64,000 bases of DNA from an uncultured Acidobacteriota bacterium (GTDB taxonomy: Bacteria; Acidobacteriota; Thermoanaerobaculia; Multivoradales; JAHEKO01), in contig CAVQNG010000025.1 of assembly GCA_963713825.1 (NCBI GenBank), forward strand, positions 864,001 to 928,000. The letters are read 5' to 3'. Below, piece after piece: positions 47,052 to 59,100 of the stretch (position 1 is the stretch's first letter; each line of letters starts with the position of its first letter). Under the pieces are notes generated by a model that saw only the letters and a program-made list of their open reading frames with translations, did not search any database and was not told the DNA's origin. Position numbers and translations under genes: made by a program.

Positions 47052-49544
47052 TCACGGGGTCACAGGCAATAGTTCTAGTGTGTGAACCGCTGGTCCCGGC
47101 AGGAACGGTGTCGGCTCACCGCGGGCCCAGGCTTCGTGTCCAGCCCGAAAGAAGGGCGACAAGGGGTGCCCGCTCTGGCCCCCAGGCATGTGGAAGATCC
47201 CCTGCTCTTCCTGGCCGGGCGAGACAACAAACCGTTGGGAGGCTCCGTGGGTGGGGCTCTGCACACGGGGCATGTGCGAGTCGCCTGGCAATTGGTCAGC
47301 AGGCATGTTCAGCCATGCCGCCAGAAAGGGCAGCGAGCCGCTCAGCGGATGGTGGATCCTGGCCGTGTTGCGGTCGCCCCACGTGCGATCCTGAAGCGCG
47401 ATCTCGGCGTCCGAGAAGTAGTCGAGGGTATCGTCGACAGCGCGTTGGAAGAGGTCCTGCCAGCTCTCGAATGCAGGTGGGAGGAAGTGGAAGGGCTGCT
47501 CCTGTACCAGTGCCCAGAGCGGCCCTTCCGACTGATTGAGCAAGCCGTAGTCGAAGCGCTCGTCGGCAGCTTTGCATGGCGCCGTAATGGCATCGAAGAC
47601 GAGGCTCTGGACGTTCTGGCGGTAGGCTCGCACCATTCGATAGCCGACCGAGTCCACAGCGGCTCGGCCGCCCCATTGCGAAACCAACGCATCGAGCTCG
47701 GCATAGGCTCTACCAGTCGTCGAAACCAGGGGATCCAGGACGTTGAGTAGCTGAGCCTGCCAGGCCTCGAGAAAGAGGGCACGGTCGTCGAGTTGGGTCT
47801 CGAGCAGGTCTGTCTCGGTCGCCCTTTCGAGCGCCAGCAGATCGTCCCGAATCTGCCGGGCACGCGCCCCGAGAGCGAAGCCTCCGTCGCCGATCTTGGC
47901 CAACATTTCACCCTCGACGAGCCGGTTGTTCGCCGACCAGATGCGGCCAATAGGAGGGTCGACCAACCGCGGGTATTCATCGGCTTCCAGCCATCCGTCC
48001 CAGCCCCGGGAGCCGTCGTTCCAGGTGGTTGGCAGGCGACCGGTGTGGCCGAAGCGTCGGGGGATGGCGCCCATGATCGTCCATCCGATGTGGCCTTCCA
48101 CGTCGGCGACGACGAGGTTCTGGGGCGGAGCTCCGACCGTAGCAGCGATCCTCAGCGCCTCATCGACGGTTCTGGCGCCTTCCAGAAATTGGAGATTCGC
48201 ATTGGCGCCCTGTGGATCGTGGGCAATCCAGCGCACCGCTCGCTGTCGCCCGAGGTGGTCGCGGTCCACGATCGGTCCCCAGATCGTTTCATCCACGGTC
48301 AGGTGCTGGTCTCTGCCGCCTCGGACGCGAATGATCTGGGCGTTGTGGTCCATGGGCAGCGATCCGGTGGGGGTCAGGTATCTTTCATTGTCTTCCGGAT
48401 CTGCCAGAAGAACGACGAGATCGCTCCAGTCGCCCTGGGAGTTGGTATAGCCCCAGGCGATCTCCCCGTTGCTTCCCGCGATGACGAATGGAGTTCCTGG
48501 CAGTGTGATACCCGTCACGCTGCGCTCCCGATCAGGCCGTTTCCTGTCGGGATAGATCAGGCGGGCCCGATACCAGATGTTGGGAACAGAGAGTCCGAGG
48601 TGCATGTCGTCGGCCATCAGGGCCCGGCCGTCTGCGGCGTGGCTGCCGGCAACAGCCCAGTTGTTGCTGCCGATCATGATCTGGGCCGGGTTCCCTGCCG
48701 ACCGCCCCGAGGTCGTGCTGCTCGCCCCGGGAGAGGGCACTGTGGCGCGCAGATCAAGAACGCCCGGACCCGGTATGGGAGGAGTGGAGAAGGGCTCTCC
48801 AGAGACTGGAGCATCCCATTCGGTGCCGGGAGAGGCCAGGAACTCGTAGAGCTCCGGGCCCAGAACATCCTTAAGAACCCCCAGCGTCGATTCGCGCCGA
48901 CCGTTCGCGTCATTGAGCTCGAAGAACATGTTGTAGAGCACCAGTAGCGAGTCGACATCCAACCAATCCTCGGGTTCCAGACCGAGAACCATGTACTCGA
49001 ACGGTGGCTCCTCGAGACTGGCTAGACCGGCGTTGACGCCTTCGGAGTAGGCTTGAAAAAAGTCCCAACTCTCCTGAGACAGCGCCCTCTTCGTGGCTTC
49101 AGCCCTCTCTCTGAACCGGTGCAGCCGATAGCGCTTGTCAGCGTTCAAGGCGACTTCTCCGAAAAGCTCAGACAGCTCCCCGGCTCCACGGCGCCGGAGC
49201 AGGTCCATTTGGAAAAACCGGTCCTGGGCGTGCAGATATCCCAGTGCCGTTGCGACGTCCCTGCGGCTCTCACCGCTGAGCGTGGGGATTCCGAGCTCGT
49301 CTCGCTCGACCAGTACCCGGGCACCGAGGGCTGGCAGGATCGCCGATCCCTCGAGCTGGGGCAGGCTGCCGTTGATCTGTTGCCATGCCCAGTAGCCTCC
49401 CAATGCCAGCAGCAGCAACGCCGAGAGCAGAAGGGCCATGGCGGTGCGGATGCCCCGCCCCGGCCAATTCTGGCGGGACGGCGCGGTTGGACTGATGGGA
49501 GTCGGGATTTCCGGGCTACCCGAAGGCATTTCGACGGCCCTCAT
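47052..49544 (-). CDS. Penicillin acylase family Ntn-hydrolase (S45)
   Basis: RDELGIP, HAQDRFFQMDLLRR, G|SNNWAV autocleavage site, DMHL, PGGQSGHP; N-terminal TM. Confidence 0.93.
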   Translation of the reverse strand: MRAVEMPSGSPEIPTPISPTAPSRQNWPGRGIRTAMALLLSALLLLALGGYWAWQQINGSLPQLEGSAILPALGARVLVERDELGIPTLSGESRRDVATALGYLHAQDRFFQMDLLRRRGAGELSELFGEVALNADKRYRLHRFRERAEATKRALSQESWDFFQAYSEGVNAGLASLEEPPFEYMVLGLEPEDWLDVDSLLVLYNMFFELNDANGRRESTLGVLKDVLGPELYEFLASPGTEWDAPVSGEPFSTPPIPGPGVLDLRATVPSPGASSTTSGRSAGNPAQIMIGSNNWAVAGSHAADGRALMADDMHLGLSVPNIWYRARLIYPDRKRPDRERSVTGITLPGTPFVIAGSNGEIAWGYTNSQGDWSDLVVLLADPEDNERYLTPTGSLPMDHNAQIIRVRGGRDQHLTVDETIWGPIVDRDHLGRQRAVRWIAHDPQGANANLQFLEGARTVDEALRIAATVGAPPQNLVVADVEGHIGWTIMGAIPRRFGHTGRLPTTWNDGSRGWDGWLEADEYPRLVDPPIGRIWSANNRLVEGEMLAKIGDGGFALGARARQIRDDLLALERATETDLLETQLDDRALFLEAWQAQLLNVLDPLVSTTGRAYAELDALVSQWGGRAAVDSVGYRMVRAYRQNVQSLVFDAITAPCKAADERFDYGLLNQSEGPLWALVQEQPFHFLPPAFESWQDLFQRAVDDTLDYFSDAEIALQDRTWGDRNTARIHHPLSGSLPFLAAWLNMPADQLPGDSHMPRVQSPTHGASQRFVVSPGQEEQGIFHMPGGQSGHPLSPFFRAGHEAWARGEPTPFLPGPAVHTLELLPVTP

Positions 49545-50146
49545 TCGTCGCCTGTTGTGCTGATCAATCCCTCGAGGACTGTGAGAGCTCGTGCCAGCTC
49601 ATCGACGAGAGGCCCGTGCTGAACCGGGCAGCGGCGTCGAAAGATCTCCAGCAGGCTTTGGTAGTACCAGATCGTCTGATCCTGGCTGGCCGAGAAGCGC
49701 TGCCACAGTTGGTCGCCGACGCGACGATACTCGAATACCAGGGAGCGCACATTGTGGACTTTGTCCGCAAGAGAGACCAGCAAGGTGGACTCGGGTGCAG
49801 TCTCCAGATGCTCCAGATAGCGCTCCTTCCGCGGCTGCCATCGAGGCTTCGGAGATTCCAGTGTGTCGCTACAGTCCTCCACAATAGCGGCCACGGAGTC
49901 TCCGAATCGGCGACGGATCTCCTCGAGGACCGGGCGTCCCCCGCAGTCTTCAGCCGTGTCGTGGAGCAGCGCGGCCATGGCTTCGTCCTCACCTCCACCG
50001 TTCTCGAGGACAAGCGCGGTGACCGCCATCAGATGACTGATGGTCGGCACCTGGGTCTTCTTGCGTACCTGGGCGCAATGCAGCCGTTCCGCAAAGAGAA
50101 ACGCTTCCGCGAAGCGCGGGGTCATTGGCACGATGGAATCGGACAT
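49541..50146 (-). CDS. HD-domain hydrolase, Mesh1/SpoT small alarmone hydrolase-like
   Basis: HCAQVRK, ALLHDTAED, LADKVHN; AGGAG RBS before ATG 50146. Confidence 0.85.
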   Translation of the reverse strand: MSDSIVPMTPRFAEAFLFAERLHCAQVRKKTQVPTISHLMAVTALVLENGGGEDEAMAALLHDTAEDCGGRPVLEEIRRRFGDSVAAIVEDCSDTLESPKPRWQPRKERYLEHLETAPESTLLVSLADKVHNVRSLVFEYRRVGDQLWQRFSASQDQTIWYYQSLLEIFRRRCPVQHGPLVDELARALTVLEGLISTTGDE

Positions 50147-50187
50147 ATCTCTCTCCTGGAATGGCAGGTGCTGGCGCTCTCTGGGCG

Positions 50188-51093
50188 CTAGTCGAAGTCG
50201 AAAAGACGGGTGCTGAAATAGCGCTCGCCGCGGTCTCCGAAGAGCACCACGATGTTGCCGCCGTCCATTTCGGTCGCCAGCTGTTGAGCGGCCCAAAGAG
50301 CGGCGCCGGAGCTCAGGCCCGCGATGACGCCTTCCTGCCGAGCGATCTGAACAGTCGTTTCATAGGCTGCGTCCTCGGGCACTTCGATCGTCTCGTCCAG
50401 GAGACCGCGGTCGTAGATCGGCGGCTGATAGGTCTCGGAGCTATGCTTGAGACCGTCGATCTTGGCACGGGGCTCGCCGCCGGGCTCCACGGCCACGATC
50501 CGGGCGTCGATTCCCTGATCCCGGAAATAGTGCGCTGCTCCCATCAAGGTGCCGCCGGTGCCGAAGCCGGCCACGAATGTATCGACCCGGCCATCGAGTT
50601 GGCGGGCGACCTCGGCTGACGTACCACGACTGTGCGCGACGATGTTGTCGGGGTTTTCATTCTGATTGATATAGAAGTAGCTCTCGGGGTCTTCCCCGAT
50701 GAGGGCTTGTGCTCCCCAGATGTGGCTGTCGGGATCGTCCTTGGTGGTCAGCACCAGATCGGCACCCCAGTAGCGCAGCATCTTTCTCCTCTCGATCGTC
50801 TTGTTCTCGAGCATGAAGAGTCGCAGCTTGTAGCCCTTGACGGCCGCCACCATCCCGAGGGCGATACCGGTGTTGCCACTGGTGGCTTCGATGATCGTCA
50901 TGCCGGGCCGCAGCTCGCCGCGGCGCTCGGCTTCTTCGATCATGTGCAGGGCGATGCGATCCTTCAGCGAGCCGCTGGGGTTGCTGAGCTCGAGCTTGGC
51001 CCAGATCTGGACTGCCGGGTTGGAGCTCGAGCGCTGGAGGCGAATCAGTGGGGTGTTGCCGATGAATTCGAGTAGATTGTCGTTGGTGGTCAT
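50188..51093 (-). CDS. cysK: PLP-dependent cysteine synthase family protein (CysK/CysM)
   Basis: IGNTPL, NPSGSLKDR, EATSGNTG, GFGTGGT, GLSSGA, DRGERYFS. Confidence 0.88.
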   Translation of the reverse strand: MTTNDNLLEFIGNTPLIRLQRSSSNPAVQIWAKLELSNPSGSLKDRIALHMIEEAERRGELRPGMTIIEATSGNTGIALGMVAAVKGYKLRLFMLENKTIERRKMLRYWGADLVLTTKDDPDSHIWGAQALIGEDPESYFYINQNENPDNIVAHSRGTSAEVARQLDGRVDTFVAGFGTGGTLMGAAHYFRDQGIDARIVAVEPGGEPRAKIDGLKHSSETYQPPIYDRGLLDETIEVPEDAAYETTVQIARQEGVIAGLSSGAALWAAQQLATEMDGGNIVVLFGDRGERYFSTRLFDFD

Positions 51094-51349
51094 GGTCGGT
51101 CGACGTCGGCTCCTGGGTTGACGGTGAGCGAGGCACCCCTAGGATAGGGGCAACTCGTTCCCGGATCAATTGGTCGCGGTGGGTGACCATGATTCCCGAC
51201 GGTAGCCCATTCCCCGGCTCGAGGGCCTGGCCTACCCGCAAGGATGGCTGCACCGCCCCTTTTTCGGGTATGGTGCTGCACCGAGTCAGCCCATAGACTG
51301 CTGTTCCGATACAGCCAATCGGTAGGAAGAACTTCAGGGAGATACCGCC

Positions 51350-53017
51350 ATGACCTCCGGACTCGACAGGGAAACTCTCGAACTCAGTTTGGAGGCCTTT
51401 CGCGATTTCGCAGCGGCAAAGCTGTCGGACGACGTGCTTCTCGACCTGGATGCTCGGGACGAGTTTCCTGTGGACCTGGTTCGCGAGCTCTGTGGGTCGG
51501 GTTTGGGTATTCAATTGCTGTTCATCGACGAGGAGTACGGTGGTATGGGTGGCGGAGCCTTCGATGTCTACCGGATCTGCGAGGCGCTTGCAGAGGTGGA
51601 CCTGGGGATCGCTACCGGGGTCCTGGCAACCTTTCTCGGTAGCGATCCGATTCGCTTCGGCGGCTCCGAGGAACAGAAGAAACACTGGCTCGGACGAATT
51701 GCCGAGGAGGGACTTCTCTTTGCCTACTGTGCTACCGAGCCGGAGGCGGGAAGCGATCTTGGCGCCCTCAAGTCGACCGCCGAGAGGATCGAGAAGGACG
51801 GCGAGGTTGTCGGCTACTCGATCAGCGGCAGCAAGCAGTGGATCAGCAACGGCGGCTTTGCGGATGTCTATACCGTGCTCGCCACCGCGCCCGACGGGCC
51901 GAGCTGGTTCATCGTCGAAGCCGGTGCCGAAGGCTTGAGCCCTGGCCAGCCGGAGGACAAGCACGGAATTCGCGCCAGCAATACCGCCGCAGTCGGTCTG
52001 ACCGACGTCAAGGTCGATGCCGATCGACTCGTTGGTGGCAAGGAGGGGCAAGGGCTTCTCCAGGCGCAGGCAGTGTTCGGCTACACACGACTGATGGTCG
52101 CCGCGTTCGGCCTGGGTGGTGGATGGGCGGCTCTCGATCGCGCGATTCCCTATTCCACTGAGAGAATCCAGGGTGGCAGCCCGCTTTCAGAGAAGCAGGG
52201 TTTCACCCACAAGTTGATCGTGCCCAACGTGGCGTGGCTCGAAGCCGGTCGTGCCTACATCGAAGAGACCGCGCGACGGATCGACAGTGGAGAAGGAACT
52301 CTCAATACCGAAGGGGCCATTGCCAAGTACCTTTCGAGCGAAGCCGGCCTGAAGGCAGCGGAGGCCAGTATCCAGGCCCTGGGTGGCTATGGCTACACCC
52401 GCGAGTACATGGTGGAGAAGATCCGGCGCGATGTGCGCATCACGACGATCTACGAGGGCACTTCCGAGATTCTGGAGATGACCATCGCGCGGGATCTCTG
52501 GCAGCTCCACCTCAAAACGCGGGGCGAGCATTTCCACGAGCGGGCGCGCACATTCGAGACCTTGCACTCGAGGCACCCGAACCTGGGCGCTGACATCGTG
52601 GCTTTGACGTTTCATGCTCTGGCCGAGGTCATGGAGCGATCGCGAGTGGCGCGATTGACAAGGAACCAGCACCTGCTGCTCCGGTTGGGCGAGCTGATCG
52701 CTTACGCGGAAGGGGCTGCGGGCCTGGTCGGCAGGGCGGCTGAGTCGGCGGAGGGTGCGCTCGACTCGAAAGCCGATCGCCGCATGAATCATGAGACCCT
52801 GGCGATCCTCGGTCGGATCTGTGCGCGACAAGCCGCCTCGATGGTGGCATCCCAGGGGATCCAATGGGTCGTCGGCGCTGGCGGAGTCGCTGGGCCGGCC
52901 GGCGTCGGGGACCTCGAAGCCGCGTTGGACGTGGCTCGAATACACCAGGCTCAGGCAGGCCTGATGGAAGATCTGAATCTGGCGGCCGATCGGATCTACG
53001 ATCGCCAGACCGCATGA
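51350..53017 (+). CDS. Acyl-CoA dehydrogenase with C-terminal helical extension, first gene of the PKS cluster
   Basis: EEYGGMG, TEPEAGSD, GSKQWISNG, KHGIRAS, LGGYGY, catalytic IYEGT. Confidence 0.93.
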   Translation: MTSGLDRETLELSLEAFRDFAAAKLSDDVLLDLDARDEFPVDLVRELCGSGLGIQLLFIDEEYGGMGGGAFDVYRICEALAEVDLGIATGVLATFLGSDPIRFGGSEEQKKHWLGRIAEEGLLFAYCATEPEAGSDLGALKSTAERIEKDGEVVGYSISGSKQWISNGGFADVYTVLATAPDGPSWFIVEAGAEGLSPGQPEDKHGIRASNTAAVGLTDVKVDADRLVGGKEGQGLLQAQAVFGYTRLMVAAFGLGGGWAALDRAIPYSTERIQGGSPLSEKQGFTHKLIVPNVAWLEAGRAYIEETARRIDSGEGTLNTEGAIAKYLSSEAGLKAAEASIQALGGYGYTREYMVEKIRRDVRITTIYEGTSEILEMTIARDLWQLHLKTRGEHFHERARTFETLHSRHPNLGADIVALTFHALAEVMERSRVARLTRNQHLLLRLGELIAYAEGAAGLVGRAAESAEGALDSKADRRMNHETLAILGRICARQAASMVASQGIQWVVGAGGVAGPAGVGDLEAALDVARIHQAQAGLMEDLNLAADRIYDRQTA

Positions 53018-53116
53018 TGCCGAGTCGAGCCTCCTCCGGGCAAAGTAGAGTCGGGGGTCGATGAAGTTCCCGCCACCGGGTCGGACCTGGGGCGTGACGG
53101 AAGGAAAGAACGCGAG

Positions 53117-56100
53117 ATGAAGAACAGCAGACATCGGGCAGTCGCCATCGTTGGTGTCGGGGCGGTGCTTCCGGATGCGCCGGACGCTCCGACCTTCTGG
53201 GAGAACATCAAACAGAGTCGGTACAGCATCAGTGAGGTTCCCAAAGAACGGTGGGATCCAGAGCTGTTCTGGGATCCCGACCCCAAGGCGCCGGCGAAGA
53301 CCTACTCGAAGATCGGCGGCTGGGTGAAGGAGTGGGCCTGGGAGCCGCTGAAGTGGAATCTGCCAATCCCACCGAGAGTGGGCGAGTCCATGGATCGGAC
53401 CCAGAAGTGGGCCCTGGTGGGCGCTCGCGAGGCATTGGCAGACTATGGGTATCCGCAGCGCCCCCTGGACCGTGAACGGACAGCCGTGATCCTGGGCAAC
53501 GCCATGGGCGGCGACCTTCACTACGAGACGGCCACCCGTATCTCCTATCCCGAGATCGCCCAGGAGCTGCGGCGAGCGCCGAGTTTCGCGGCGCTGCCGG
53601 AGGAAGTCCGGGCCAAGGTCAGCGACGAGCTCGGCAGCCAGGTGAGTGAGCTCTATCCCCGGATCACCGAAGACACGATGCCAGGAGAGCTGGCGAACAT
53701 CATTGCCGGCCGGATTGCCAATCTGTTCGACTTTCATGGACCGAACTACGTGGTCGATGCGGCCTGCGCTTCCGCCATGGCAGCGATTCACGCCGCCATC
53801 GAGGGGCTCGAGGAAGAGGACTACGACGCCGTTCTGACGGGTGGAATCGACGCCAACATGAGCGCCGCTACGTATACCAAGTTCTGCAAGATCGGCGCCC
53901 TTTCCGCGACCGGGACCCGGCCGTTCGCCGATGGCGCCGATGGCTTCGTCATGGGCGAAGGAGCGGCCATCTTCTTGTTGAAGCGGCTGCGCGATGCCGA
54001 GCGGGACGGTGACTCCATCTATGCCGTGATTCGCGGTCTGGGCGGATCGAGTGATGGCCGGGGCAAGGGGATCACGGCGCCCAATCCGGTCGGTCAACGA
54101 TTGGCGGTGGAGAGAGCCTGGAGACGGGCTGGACTGGTTCCAGATGGGGCCACGCTCATCGAAGGGCACGGCACTTCGACACGGGTCGGAGACGTAGTGG
54201 AGCTGCAGTGTCTGACCGAGGCATTCATCCCCTACGGATTTGCACCCGGCTCGCTGCCTCTCGGCTCGGTCAAGTCGAACATCGGCCACCTCAAGGGCGC
54301 GGCCGGTGCGGCTGGGATTCTGAAGGCGACCTATGCCTTGCGGGACCAGGTCCTACCTCCGAGCCTCGGTTTCGAGCGCCCCAATCCCAATATCGACTTC
54401 ACGAGCTGCCCATTCTTCGTCAATACGAAGCTGCGGCCCTGGACGGCTCGAGAAGGACAGGTGAGGCGGGCTGGCGTCAGTGCTTTCGGCTTTGGTGGAA
54501 CCAACTTCCATGCGATTCTGGAGGAGTACGTTCCCGGCCAGATTGTCGACCGGCCAGAACCTGTCCTTACCGTGGCCCGAGAGTTTGGTTCATCGGCTGT
54601 CACGAAGAGCGAAAAGGTGCCGCTGCGGGGCGCCCTGGTCCTGGGCGGTGATTCCCTGGCCGATGTCGAGGTCAGACTCAAAGGTGTGCTCGCCAAGGCA
54701 GAGTCTGGAGAGCTGCCGCAAGTCCAGGCACCAGCTGAAGCGGACCTGCGAAGCACCACCCGGTTGGCAATCGACTACGGTGACGGCGCTGAGTTGATCA
54801 AGAAAGGCGGCAGGGCGCTGTCGACGATCGAGTCGGGCAAGCTCGAGACCTGGAAGGCGCTCCGGGGTCGAGGCATCTTCCTTGGAACGGGCCAGCCGCC
54901 CAAGGTCGCCATGCTCTTTACGGGTCAGGGATCGCAGTATCTCAACATGCTGAGACAGCTGGCCTCGGACGAGCCGGTGGTGACCGAGACCTTTCGCGAG
55001 GCCGACGAGGTCATGAAGCCGCTGCTCGGCCGCCCTCTGACCGAGTACCTGTTCGTCGACCCCATGGGTCCGCTCGAAGAAGAGGCCGCCAATGATGCGC
55101 TGCGCCAGACAGCCATCACCCAACCGGCGGTGCTGGCGACGGACATAGCTCTGTTGAGGCTCCTGGGTACCTATGGTGTCGTGCCAGACATGGTGATGGG
55201 CCACAGCCTCGGTGAGTACGGCGCACTGGTGGCTTCGGGGGCGATCAGCTTCGCTCACGCCCTGGAGGCCGTCAGTGCCCGTGGGCAGGAGATGAGCCGG
55301 ATCTCGACGGACGACAACGGCTGGATGGCCGCGGTCTTCGCCCCCTTGGAGGAGATCGAGCGCATTCTCTCGACGATCGAGGGCTACGTCGTTGTGGCCA
55401 ATATCAACAGCTATAGCGAAGCGGTCATCGGCGGCGCCAGCCAGGCCGTCGAGAGGGCCATCGAGGCGCTGCAAGCGGCTGGGTACCAGGCTCAGCGACT
55501 ACCGGTGAGCCACGCTTTTCACACGCAGATCGTGGCTCCATCCAGCGCCGCAGTTCGGCAGGTGTTGGGAAGGATGGGACTGCAGCCGCCGGAGATTCCC
55601 GTTGTCGCCAACGTCAGCGGCGACTTCTACCCGATGGGACCGGGAGTCGAGCCCGAGATGATCGAAATTCTCGCCCGTCAGGTCGCCGAACCCGTGCAGT
55701 TCGTCAAGGGATTGGAGGCTCTGTACCGTGCCGGCACGAGGGTGTTTGTCGAGTGTGGCCCGAAACGGGCCCTGCAAGGCATGGTTCGAAGCGTCTTTCA
55801 AGAGCGCGACGACGCCGTTTCCCTGTCCACGAATCATCCGCGCATGGGTGACGTGGCCTCCTTCAACCAGGCCCTGTGCGGACTGTACTCGGCAGGGCTG
55901 GGTGTCGGCAGGGTTCCTGTTGCCGAGGAGCCCATCGTCATGCGGAGCCCGGTCGGGTCGCGGCCCGCCCTGGCCGTGGACTCCGAGATCGAGTCGATTC
56001 AGGCACCGGCCGATGCGGCAGGTGTCGACGCCTCTCGTCTCGACAAGGCCGCCTACCTCGAGTTGGGACAGATGTTCGCCGGTTTCCTCGACAAAGGCCT

Positions 56101-59100
56101 CGAAGTGGTGGGCCGCAAGAGCGCGCCCACAACCTCCGAGCGCGGGGTCGTGATTACAGGTGCGGCCATCGGATTGCCGGGTACCGCGAAGGTGTTCGAC
56201 GACTCGAATCTGGGACGACTCTTGACGGGCCAGCAGTTCATCGGAGAGGTACCGGACGATCTGCGACAGGAGATGGTGGCGAGGAACATCACGAGACTGG
56301 TGAAGAGCGAGAACGGTGGCCCGAGATTCGAGACCATCGAGGGCGTCGATGAGGTGATCAAGCTGGCGGCGCGCCGAGGGGAATTGGATCTGGTCGAAGA
56401 GTTCGGCTTCCCGAGCGACCGCCTGGAAGCGCTGGACGTGGTGACCGAGTTGGCCATCGGATCGGGACTCGACGCCCTCCGGGATGCTGGACTACCGCTC
56501 GTCAGGCGCTACAAAACCACGACGACTGGCAGCAAGCTCCCTGACCAATGGGGCCTGGCCGACGAGGTGCGCGACGAAACCGGCGTGATCTTCGCGTCCG
56601 CCTTCCCGGGCGTCAACTATTTCGCCAGGGAGTCGGGTCGTTACTACACCGCGCAGGCCGCCCAACGACGCCTCGAGGAGCTGCAGAGTCTGAAAGACCG
56701 GATGAGCTCGAGCGGAACGGTTTCCGATGAGTCCATGAGCGAGTTGGATCGGCATCTGGACGAGGCGCGAGAAGAAGTCGAGGCCAGCCCCTACACCTTC
56801 GATCGACGATTCCTCTTCAGACTCTTGTCGATGGGCCACTCCCAGATGGCCGAGTTCATCGGCGCCCGGGGGCCGAACACACAGATCAACGCAGCCTGTG
56901 CCAGTGGTACACAGGCCATCGGTTTGGCCTCGGACTGGATCCGCGCTGGTCGTTGCCGTCGAGTCGTGATCGTCTCGGCGGACGACGTGACGAGCGACGA
57001 TTTGATGGGCTGGATCGGAGCCGGCTTCCTGGCCACGGGTGCGGCGGCTACCGATGCCGAGGTCGAGGAGGCCGCCATCCCGTTCGATCGGCGTCGTCAC
57101 GGCATGCTGATCGGCATGGGGGCGGCGGCAATCGTCGTGGAAAGCGAGGAGTCGGCAAGCGAGAGAGGGATTCAGCCCATCTGCGAGGTGCTGGCGACCG
57201 CCACGGCCAACAGCGCCTATCACGGCACCCGTCTCGATGTTGCCCATATCTCCGAGACGATGGAACGGCTCATTACCGAGGCCGAAAAGAAATGGGGTAT
57301 CGATCGATCTCAGATCGCTCCGGAGACGGTCTTTATCTCCCATGAAACCTACACACCTGCCAGGGGTGGCAGTGCGCAGGCCGAGATCTTTGCCCTCCGA
57401 AGTGTCTTCGGAGAGCTGGCTGACAAAATTGTCATAGCGAACACCAAGGGCTATACGGGACATCCGATGGGAGTGGGAATCGAGGACGTCCTGGCCATCA
57501 AGGCCCTGGAGACCGGTTTGGTACCTCCGGTGGCCAACTTCAAGGAAGTCGACCCGGAGCTCGGAGAGCTCAATCTGTCCCGTGGTGGCAGCTACCCGGT
57601 GCGCTATGCGCTGCGGCTGGCCGCCGGATTCGGATCGCAGATCAGCATGGTATTGCTCCGATGGGTCCCCGCCCCGGGTGGCCAACGCCCGGAGATCGAC
57701 CAGCTGGGCTACGACTATCGTCGCGTCGAGCCAGAGAGATGGCGGCAATGGTTGGACTGGGCCAGCGGTCATCCAGGTGCCGAAGTCGAAGTCGAGCACC
57801 GGACTCTGCGGATCAGAGACGAGGGGCCGCCGAGCCAGGTCCTGCCTCGGCCAGTGGCAAACCAGGAGCACCCCGCAGCTCCACCTGCCGATTTCAGCCG
57901 TCCTGCCCAGGTCGCATCTGAGCAGGAGCCGACGGCGGCAGCCGGCCAAGATCCATCCGAGCCGTCGCCGCAGCCCATCCGGCCTTCGACTGCTTCGGTG
58001 GCTCCACCTCCAACCCCTGTTGGTGGCTTGGATCCCATCCAGAAACGCGTCTTGGAGATCGTGGCGGCGACGACTGGCTATCCGGAAGAGATGTTGGACC
58101 TGGATCTGGACATGGAGGCCGATCTGGGGATCGACACGGTGAAGCAGGCGGAGATGTTCGCGGCGATCCGCGAGGAGTGGGACATCCCGCGTGACGATAC
58201 GTTGCAGCTGCGGGACTACCCGACATTGGCCCGAGCGATTCAGTTCGTCTTCGACCGACGGCCCGACCTGAAGGGCCAGGAGGTGATAGCTGCAGCTGCG
58301 GCCCCTGCAGCCGTCGAGAGCCAGGCGGAATCTGCGTCCGACGACGCGGTCCATCCCGTTCAAAAGCGAGTTCTGGAGATCGTCGCGGCGACGACTGGCT
58401 ATCCGGAAGAGATGTTGGATCTGGATCTGGACATGGAGGCCGATCTGGGGATCGACACGGTGAAGCAGGCGGAGATGTTCGCGGCGATCCGCGAGGAGTG
58501 GGACATTCCGCGTGACGACACGTTGCAGCTGCGGGACTACCCGACATTGGCCCGAGCGATTCAGTTCGTCTTCGACCGACGGCCTGATCTCGCTCCGGGA
58601 GCGACCGCAGATGCTTCCGCCAGTGCTCCCGAGACTCCGGTTCCTGGGACTGAAGAAGAGCACACTCGGGAAATACCTACTGCCGCGACTTCGGTGCACC
58701 GCAGGGTGCCGGCCGTGATGCTGTTACCCGCTCTCGACCTCTGCAAGAGGACCGGCGTCCGATTGCAGAAGGGCTCGCGTGTGGTTGTCATGGCGGACAG
58801 GGGTGGTGTCGGCAAGGCCCTGGAGCAGCGACTCGAACGATTGGGTGCCGAGGTTCTCCTCCTGGAGGCCAACCTCGATGCCGAGGAGGTCGTGCCTCGT
58901 CTCGAGGAGTGGAAGAGGGATGGCGAGGTGCAGGGGATGTACTGGCTTCCCGCGCTCGATGCGTCTGGAGATGCATCCAGCTCCGTGCCCGAGGAGTGGC
59001 AGGCGGGCCTGACGCGCCGGGTCAAGTTGTTGTTCCAGGTTGCAAAGGTGCTGTACGACTCCTTGAATCGAGCCGATTCGTTCCTGGTTGCCGGCACCCG

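Noticed and set aside
52187-58699. Long minus-strand ORFs (52187-54289, 56492-58699), one with an internal repeat
   Set aside because: Antisense shadows of the ACAD and PKS; the repeat simply mirrors the ACP duplication.
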